Origin: Thermostichus sp. DRC_bins_24
Lineage (GTDB): Bacteria; Cyanobacteriota; Cyanobacteriia; Thermostichales; Thermostichaceae
NCBI GenBank assembly: GCA_039794845.1
Contig: JAUQVK010000095.1
Location: forward strand, 1 to 45,627
DNA length: 45,627 nt
Reading direction: 5' to 3'
The first letter of the stretch is position 1. The number at the start of each line of letters is the position of its first letter. The translations under genes were made by a program, and so were the position numbers. Below are positions 39,261 to 45,627 of the stretch, piece after piece. Under the pieces are notes generated by a model that was not told where the DNA came from, did not search any database, and was given only the letters and a program-made list of their open reading frames with translations.

Positions 39261-41723
39261 TCATTCATCCCCAACTCGGAATCGACCGACGGAGGTTTGT
39301 AGCTCGCGGGCAATGCTCACCAGCTGTTGCAGCGAGGCGGCCACCTTTTGGGATTCTTTCGAGGTCTCGTTGGCGGTCAGCTCCACCGATTGCATCACCT
39401 GCGCCACTGAGCGGGAGGTTTCGGTTTGTTGCACGGTGGCCTGAGAAATGGCCCGCACCAACCCATCGATTTGCTGGCTGACGCCGATGATCTCGTCGAG
39501 GCTGTTCTTGGCTTGTTCCGCCCGTCGTGTGCCTTCGATCACCAGCTGTGTCCCTTCCTCCATAGCTGTCATCACGTTGCCGGTTTCCGATTGGATCTGC
39601 AACACGATCTGCTCAATCTCCTTCGAGGCCTTTGCGGCCCGATCCGCCAGTTGTCGCACCTCATCCGCCACAATGGCAAAGCCCCGCCCCGATTCCCCCG
39701 CTCGGGCGGCCTCGATACTGGCGTTGAGGGCAAGCAGGTTGGTGCGGGAGGCAATTTGAGAAATTAAGGCGACGATCTTGGAAATTTCCTGGGAGGATTC
39801 TGCCAACCGCTTCACCTTGCGGGTGGTTTCTGCCACCGTTTCTCGGATCGCCAGAATGCCGCTCACGGTGCGATCCACCGCTTCTCCCCCTCGGGAGGCA
39901 GCCTTGGTTGCCTGGGCAGTCACATTGGCGGCCTCCCGGGCGTTGCTGGCCACTTCTTGAATGGAGTCCGTCATCACTTGAATGGAGTTGAGGGAGGTGG
40001 AGATGTCTTCCGCTTGGCGCAGGGCATCGGCAGAGAGGCTGCGGGCAAAGTCTTCGTTTTGCAAAGCGGCATCGTTCACGGCAGCGGCGGCCCGTTTCAC
40101 CTGACTGACAATGTCTCGCAGGCTGCGGATGGTCAGGTTGAAGGAGTCGGCGACGGCCCCAAGCACATCGGCAGTCACTTCCGCCCGCACGGTCAGATCC
40201 CCTCGGGCGGCACCTTCTACATCGTCCAGCAGCCGGATCACCTGCCGTTGGAGGTCTTCCTTGGCTTGCCCTTGCTCGGTGGCCCGTTGGCTCAACTCCG
40301 TGAAGTTGGCTTCAATGGCTGCAACCATTTGGTTGAAGCTGTTAGCCAGCCGACCCAACTCGTCATTGCCGCCAACTCTGGCCCGTACGGAGTAGTTCCC
40401 TTGGGCCAAGGCGGCAAAGTGGCCGACCAGCTCATTGGTACTGGAGCGAATTTGTTTGGCACTGCTAGCTCCCAGCAAAACGCCGGCCCCCGTACCGACA
40501 ACGCCACCCCCGATCACCCCACCGAGCAGACGGGCTCCCCCGCCGGCCGGGATCCCCAAGCCGATCACTAGGCCGGCAGCCAAACTGACGGCCCCCTGAA
40601 TCAGCGCCATGGCCAACTGCCGATCGGCAAAGGGCCGGTCGAAGCCAGCAAACCCCCCCGCCCCTTTGGCGTCGGGAATGGGCGCAGAGGCAGCAGACAG
40701 ACGTTGGGAGCGGGATCCCTGAACCATTCCGCCACTTGCTCCCACCACTGCGTTCATTTTGCCGGCTTCCCCGTCATCGGGGTAAAAGGCATCCATCGGT
40801 TCGCCGACATCCATATGGGCAATTTCCTGATCCAGATTGTCCAACTCGTCGATGTCGAACAAGGTGGGGCCAGGACTGGCGGTGTCTTCCTCAGGGGCAG
40901 GGATCGGCTCGCTCATCGGGGCGGCCAACTCGGTCGGTAGGCTCTCCTGCAAGGCTCCCTCGGCTTCAAAAGTTGGCAAGAGGAAGCCCATCTCGTCGGG
41001 AAAATCTTCGTTACCGGCCACCTGTGTGACAGATTCACTTTCCATCGCCAGCAACGGCTCCTGATCAAACTCGTTCAGGAAGGCGAAATCGTCATCGGTT
41101 GCTTCGGGTTCTGCTGCAACGGGTGGTGTCGGCAAAGGGTTGGGCTCAGGGTCATCAGACGGATCCGCCTCCGGCATTTGCAACCCGGTCTCAAAGGGAT
41201 CCTCAAATCCTCCCTCTCCGGCAAAGAGGCCTCCATCGGCAGCAAAGTCGTCGGTTCCCATGGGAAAGGGATCCGCAGCGAAGGGGTCGGCAAAGGGATC
41301 CGGTGCAGAAAAATCATCCGCCGCTTCTTCCTCCGTCCCCTCAAAAGGTGGGAAAGGATCGAGCTCAGGAAAGGCTGCTTCGTTGGCAAGCCCATCTTGA
41401 GCTTGAAAATCGTCCGCCTCTGGCGGGTAGGGCATATCCGCCAGCTCCGGCGCCATTTGCAACAACTCATCCAGCCCTTTTTGCGCCGACTGCAGCTCAT
41501 CGGGGTTGCTCGCCGTTTGCAGGATGGTGTCGTAAGTATGACGAGCTTCCAACAACTGCCCAGCCTGTTTTTGCGCCGAAGCCAGCAATAACTTGACAGC
41601 AGTATCCTGCGGCTGAGCAGCGACCACCTGGTTGAATAACCGCACCGCCTGAACGTAGTCTCCCTGCCAAAAGGCAGCCACCGCATCGGCGTAGTCTCTC
41701 TGACTGTTCGCGCTCGAAACCAT
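39261..41723 (-). CDS. pilJ: methyl-accepting chemotaxis protein (PilJ/Ctr1-like) with N-terminal TPR-like and acidic region
   Basis: [17 protein letters not shown], signalling domain [43 protein letters not shown] before ATG 41723. Confidence 0.92.
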   Translation of the reverse strand: MVSSANSQRDYADAVAAFWQGDYVQAVRLFNQVVAAQPQDTAVKLLLASAQKQAGQLLEARHTYDTILQTASNPDELQSAQKGLDELLQMAPELADMPYPPEADDFQAQDGLANEAAFPELDPFPPFEGTEEEAADDFSAPDPFADPFAADPFPMGTDDFAADGGLFAGEGGFEDPFETGLQMPEADPSDDPEPNPLPTPPVAAEPEATDDDFAFLNEFDQEPLLAMESESVTQVAGNEDFPDEMGFLLPTFEAEGALQESLPTELAAPMSEPIPAPEEDTASPGPTLFDIDELDNLDQEIAHMDVGEPMDAFYPDDGEAGKMNAVVGASGGMVQGSRSQRLSAASAPIPDAKGAGGFAGFDRPFADRQLAMALIQGAVSLAAGLVIGLGIPAGGGARLLGGVIGGGVVGTGAGVLLGASSAKQIRSSTNELVGHFAALAQGNYSVRARVGGNDELGRLANSFNQMVAAIEANFTELSQRATEQGQAKEDLQRQVIRLLDDVEGAARGDLTVRAEVTADVLGAVADSFNLTIRSLRDIVSQVKRAAAAVNDAALQNEDFARSLSADALRQAEDISTSLNSIQVMTDSIQEVASNAREAANVTAQATKAASRGGEAVDRTVSGILAIRETVAETTRKVKRLAESSQEISKIVALISQIASRTNLLALNASIEAARAGESGRGFAIVADEVRQLADRAAKASKEIEQIVLQIQSETGNVMTAMEEGTQLVIEGTRRAEQAKNSLDEIIGVSQQIDGLVRAISQATVQQTETSRSVAQVMQSVELTANETSKESQKVAASLQQLVSIARELQTSVGRFRVGDE

Positions 41724-42091
41724 GGATCCTCCCTTCACTGCTTCGTTACCTCTGTTTGCGCTTCGCTTCAATATGGACTCAACAGAACTCCCCCAACACC
41801 AACTTCTTTCTCAGAACCCCTCGTGCTACACATAAACCATCCCCTTCGGCTCGCTCTGCAGCTTTGCTCTCTCTCGATAAAAGGCAATGGACTTTTGCAG
41901 TCATTACAGAGCTCAGTTATGAAAACAGCCTCACCCTCAGCAAGCCGGGCGAGCATTTGCAGGGGACAAGGTAATTTCAGACAAAGTAATTTCAAAGTGA
42001 TTTCAGTTTTCCCCGTTGCCCATGAGTTGAATTGGCTCATTTGATACGAACTATACACCCTCTCCCCGCCGAACTCACGGCTGGCGGCTCA

Positions 42092-42625
42092 TCAACCCCA
42101 ACGATTAGATCTCAGGATGGCTGACTGATCCAGTAATGGCAAGCTTGATCCCGTCCCGGCCACCAACCATTCCCCTCGCAAAAAGGGAGCCATAGACTCA
42201 GGAGCTGTAAGAGCGGGCCGTACCAATTCGGTTTTTAGCCACTCCATACCCACAATTAAATCCACAGCAAGGCCCATGAGCAAATCTTGTTGTTCCATGA
42301 CGGCCACCACCGGCAGCTCCGCTCGGTCAATATTCAAGGGGGGGCTAATCCCCAGAAACTGCCCCAGATCGGCAACCCAGATGATTTCGCCGCGCAAGTT
42401 GAGGGTGCCCAGCAACACAGGCGCCACATTCGGCATCGGGGTGATTTTCTCCGGGCCAATGCTCATCACCTCCACAACCGATACAGCCGGCAGCGCAAAT
42501 TCCTCTCCGGTGGCAACCTTGAATTTCAGGAATAACTCACCTTCAGGAGCCTCCATCTCCTGCAACTCTTGGGTTTCATCCCCCATCAGTAAATCCAGAT
42601 CCCCCAGCATGATGCTCCCCTGCAT
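42092..42625 (-). CDS. pilI: CheW-like adaptor (PilI)
   Basis: ITPMPNV..LLGTLNLRGEIIWVADLGQFL, GLAVD.IVGMEWL. Confidence 0.9.
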   Translation of the reverse strand: MQGSIMLGDLDLLMGDETQELQEMEAPEGELFLKFKVATGEEFALPAVSVVEVMSIGPEKITPMPNVAPVLLGTLNLRGEIIWVADLGQFLGISPPLNIDRAELPVVAVMEQQDLLMGLAVDLIVGMEWLKTELVRPALTAPESMAPFLRGEWLVAGTGSSLPLLDQSAILRSNRWG

Positions 42626-42729
42626 ATAACGGTTTCGTGGAGGGTTAGTCTCCGCTCACGTCCCCCTGCCGGAGGGATGACAACCCTTTCGGGGCTTGAC
42701 CAGAAGGGATTAACGCAAAATGGCGGTTC

Positions 42730-43095
42730 TTAACCTCTCAATAATTGTTTAATCGTACCCACTAATTCCTGAGGCTGGAAGGGCTTGGCAATATAGGCAT
42801 CGGCTCCCTGGCGGATCCCCCAGTAGCGATCAAACTCTTCCCCTTTGGAGGAACACATGACGATCGGCGTTTTTTGGGTAAGGGGATCCGCTTTCAGGCG
42901 TCGGCACACTTCATAGCCATTCATGCGCGGCATGACGATGTCCAGCACGATCAGATCCGGCTGGCTGCCCCGCACCGCCTCTAGAGCTTCCAGGCCATCT
43001 GCTACAACCGTCACCTCCAAGCCATTCTGTTGCAGCAGCCCACTGATCATCTCCCGCTGGGACTGGCTGTCTTCTACCACCAAAACACGACTCAT
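42730..43095 (-). CDS. pilH: CheY-like single-domain response regulator (PilH)
   Basis: VLVVEDS, LDIVMPRMNGYEVCR, CSSKGEEFDRYWG..QGADAYIAKPF; ATGA overlap with the upstream gene. Confidence 0.92.
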   Translation of the reverse strand: MSRVLVVEDSQSQREMISGLLQQNGLEVTVVADGLEALEAVRGSQPDLIVLDIVMPRMNGYEVCRRLKADPLTQKTPIVMCSSKGEEFDRYWGIRQGADAYIAKPFQPQELVGTIKQLLRG

Positions 43096-43469
43096 TTCTG
43101 GTTGATCTCCCGCAACTGATTTCTGATGGTGGCCAGCAACTCCTGGGGCTTAAAGGGTTTGGTGACGTAGGCATCCGCCTGGTTGCGCTTGGCCCACTCG
43201 ATGTCGAAGGCTTGATCTTTGGTGGAACACATAACGATGCGAATGTGTTTGGTACTTTCGTCTCCCTTTACTTCCCGGCAGACTTCGTAGCCGTTCATGC
43301 GCGGCATCACCACATCCAGCACCACCAGGTCGGGCTTTTGCTGACGAATCGCATCCATCGCCTCTACCCCATCCATCGCTGTAGAGACCTCCAAGCCATT
43401 GTCAGAAAGCAGATTGGAAATGGTCTCTAAGTAGGTACGGTTGTCATCCACCACCAGCACTTTATTCAT
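43092..43469 (-). CDS. second CheY-like response regulator (PilH paralog)
   Basis: VLVVDDN, LDVVMPRMNGYEVCR, CSTKD..FD..W..ADAYVTKPF. Confidence 0.9.
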   Translation of the reverse strand: MNKVLVVDDNRTYLETISNLLSDNGLEVSTAMDGVEAMDAIRQQKPDLVVLDVVMPRMNGYEVCREVKGDESTKHIRIVMCSTKDQAFDIEWAKRNQADAYVTKPFKPQELLATIRNQLREINQK

Positions 43470-43685
43470 CGTTGTCTTACTCCTGTTGTTTTGGGCACCC
43501 CACCTGTTGCGCCTGCTTCGACTGAGATCCGTCTTGAATGATCTTTACCGATCTTTACTAAACTTCTCATAAGAATCACACCCCAACTCTACAGGTTCTA
43601 GGTTAGCTGTGCTACCCCTATTGTTTCGATGGGTTATCCTTCTGTCCAGTGTTCCTGTTGGGCAGGATTTTGGCTGCCCACCCCC

Positions 43686-44828
43686 CTATTCACCGCTGCC
43701 ACGTTTGGGGGGTGGGCCCACGTAGGACTCGACAATGGTCAACAACTCCTTCTCGGCAAAGGGCTTGCTTAAAAACTCATTGGCCCCGGCCATGCGGGCT
43801 TTGATGCGATCGGTGAAGCCATCCTTGCCTGTGAGCATGATCATGGGGGTCTGGCGAAATTGGCTGGATTTGCGCAGCATGGCGCAGAGCTCATACCCAT
43901 CCAGCTTCGGCATGGCCACATCGCAGAGGATCATGTCGGGGTTGAGAAGAAACACCTGCCCTAGGGCTTTGAGGGGGTTGCCGATGGTGGTAACCTGGTA
44001 GCCCTCGTTTTGCAGGATGAACTCCACGGTTTTTTGGATGGCCATGGAGTCGTCGATGCAGAGAATGTGGCTGGGTTTACCGCTTAGGCTGAGGGGACGG
44101 CTAGACTTTGGCTCGGTGATGGGGAGGGGTTCCGACAGTTGAATGGATCCCTGGCGAACGTAGGGATAGATGGCTTTGGCCACGGTGAGGGTATCTCGGC
44201 CCAGGTAACGACCCATCTGGCGGATGCTGGTTTTGCCGTCTGACCATTCGCTCAGAGCTTTGAAAACGGGGGCGGGCAAGTTTTGCCGGAGGGGGTGAGG
44301 ATTGAGGATGGTGGGGGATTGGCCGGGGGTTTGGATGTAGGGGTGCAGCTTTTTCCACTCCTGCACTTGCGTCACGATTTCGGTCAGCAGGGGGGTGACG
44401 GGAAAGGTGGTCAGCTGGGGTGCTAGGGGGGATCCGGCCTCGAAAATAAAAGAGCCATGATGCAGGCTGAGCAGGTCGAAGAGGACTTCCCGCACCATGC
44501 TCAAGAGGATCTGCTTGCCCTGGTTGGGGGTAAGCTTGTGGCTTTCTAGCAAGGACCAAAGGCGGTTGTACTCGGGGGCGTTGACTGCCGCCTTGTGGGG
44601 GATTTGGATTTGCTCCAAGGCTGCCTCTACCTTGAACCGGCGCAGATAGTCTCGCAGGCGGGTGATGTTCCCTTCTGTGTCGGAGGCGTAGATGATTCGC
44701 CCATTCAGGAAGAAGACAAACCAATAAGCCGAGGGGCTGGCCTCCACAAAAAGCTCCCCGGTACGCTGGCCCAACTCGATCAGCTGGAGGATGCTGCGGA
44801 TATCAATCTCTTGTAGTTTCCCCTGCAT
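43686..44828 (-). CDS. pilG: PatA-family response regulator (PilG)
   Basis: MQGKLQEIDIRSILQLIELGQRTGEL (PATAN/DUF4388-type) plus C-terminal receiver CDVAMPKLDGY..KPF. Confidence 0.9.
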   Translation of the reverse strand: MQGKLQEIDIRSILQLIELGQRTGELFVEASPSAYWFVFFLNGRIIYASDTEGNITRLRDYLRRFKVEAALEQIQIPHKAAVNAPEYNRLWSLLESHKLTPNQGKQILLSMVREVLFDLLSLHHGSFIFEAGSPLAPQLTTFPVTPLLTEIVTQVQEWKKLHPYIQTPGQSPTILNPHPLRQNLPAPVFKALSEWSDGKTSIRQMGRYLGRDTLTVAKAIYPYVRQGSIQLSEPLPITEPKSSRPLSLSGKPSHILCIDDSMAIQKTVEFILQNEGYQVTTIGNPLKALGQVFLLNPDMILCDVAMPKLDGYELCAMLRKSSQFRQTPMIMLTGKDGFTDRIKARMAGANEFLSKPFAEKELLTIVESYVGPPPKRGSGE

Positions 44829-45055
44829 GGGATCCCTGCCTAAAGTAGTCCAGCGAGATACGACCATTATGCCGTTAGTCCTCCCGGTGCTATCCCCCAC
44901 TGGGACGGATTACCCCCTTTCCCCAGAAAAGATCAAAGATCTGGGATTTGCTCTGTGCCATTTTCGATGCCTGTGGGTGCGGTCGGTGACGCTCAAGGGA
45001 TCCCGGCGGCTGTCACAATGGAAAGGATGTTCATCCTTTTTTCCTGATAGAGCCT

Positions 45056-45340
45056 ATGCTCCCGTTTCTTTCCACTTGGGTACTGGGCCCGCTACTGGCC
45101 ATTTATACTCTCCTGTTTGTGCTGCGTATCTTTCTGTCTTGGTATCCACAACTGGATACTGCCCGACTGCCCTATTCGCTGGTGATGGGCATGACGGAAT
45201 TTCTGTTGCAGCCGACTCGTAAGCTGATCCCACCTTTGGGCGGAGTGGATATGGCACCGGTGGTTTGGGTGGGCTTGGTCACCCTGCTGCGGGAAGTGTT
45301 GCTGGGTCAACAGGGATTGTTGACGATGGCCCTGCAGTAA
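45056..45340 (+). CDS. YggT-family membrane protein
   Basis: FVLRIFLSWYP..TEFLLQPTRKLIPPLGGVDMAPVVW. Confidence 0.88.
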   Translation: MLPFLSTWVLGPLLAIYTLLFVLRIFLSWYPQLDTARLPYSLVMGMTEFLLQPTRKLIPPLGGVDMAPVVWVGLVTLLREVLLGQQGLLTMALQ

Positions 45341-45627
45341 CGTCTTCCCGACGCTGACGGCTTACGCAGTACGGCACGGGCTTTCCAAAAGCTCTTCAGT
45401 AGCCCTCCGGCTATCTCCTTCAACCCACACCCACAAGATAACCAGGAGCCTCCAGGCTGTATTACCGACAGCCCGATTGTTTTGATAGGGTTGGCCCCGT
45501 TAAAAGCCGCATCCCTCTGCCAACCCCAATGCCCACACCCAAACCGCTTACCCCTTCACATCCGGGTGAATGGGCAGACATCGGTGGCACGTTTGACCGG
45601 TGTAGGCCGGATTGACCGCAACAACCT
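45337..45627 (-). pseudogene. tnpB: decayed tnpB 3' half plus IS200/IS605 right end
   Basis: Minus strand VVAVNPAYTGQTCHRCLPIHPDVKG*, then a shifted frame GKRFGCGHWGWQRDAAFNGANPI: frameshift, CxxC to CGHW, DAD to DAA. Ends GAAAGCCCGTGCCG...GACGTTAC. Confidence 0.85.

Larger units (their letters stand above)
1..45627. repeat. highly iterated palindrome GGGATCCC (HIP1 variant)
   Basis: Dozens of GGGATCCC/GGATCC occurrences in coding and intergenic DNA throughout; not counted exactly. Confidence 0.9.

Noticed and set aside
1..45627. GGGATCCC over-representation as a novel repeat system
   Set aside because: Already known as the HIP1-variant palindrome of hot-spring Synechococcus/Thermostichus; used here only as a taxonomic clue.

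Overview
Mostly housekeeping chromosomal DNA from a cyanobacterium, probably a hot-spring Thermostichus (Synechococcus JA-2-3B'a/JA-3-3Ab-like lineage). This is inferred from the gene content and the very frequent GGGATCCC palindrome. Genes include a group-2 sigma factor, XRE regulator, gdhA, phytol kinase, cytM, a degenerate GH3, recQ, a Rad52/DdrA-like annealase, cyAbrB, an OYE reductase, a plant-type LRR protein, a P-type ATPase, a GUN4 Ser/Thr kinase, ppk2, HtrA, tadA, SpoIID, glgP, ftsH, ftrV, RlpA-like, a CopM-like DUF305 protein, upp, a complete pilG-pilH-pilH-pilI-pilJ-pilL pilus chemosensory cluster and yggT. The ORF track misses several features: inward-facing tnpB 3' ends/omegaRNA-like right ends at both window edges (the right one decayed); two diverged copies of a TACAGCCCTT...AAGGGCTGTA MITE-like element; a MerR/ZntR-type promoter (20-bp spacer) ahead of the DUF305 gene; an 89-bp near-identical internal repeat in that gene; and NtcA-like boxes before gdhA and cytM. 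The best candidate for an undescribed system is the co-oriented DdrA/Rad52-like + short RecQ pair. All calls come from reading motifs by eye; no searches were run.
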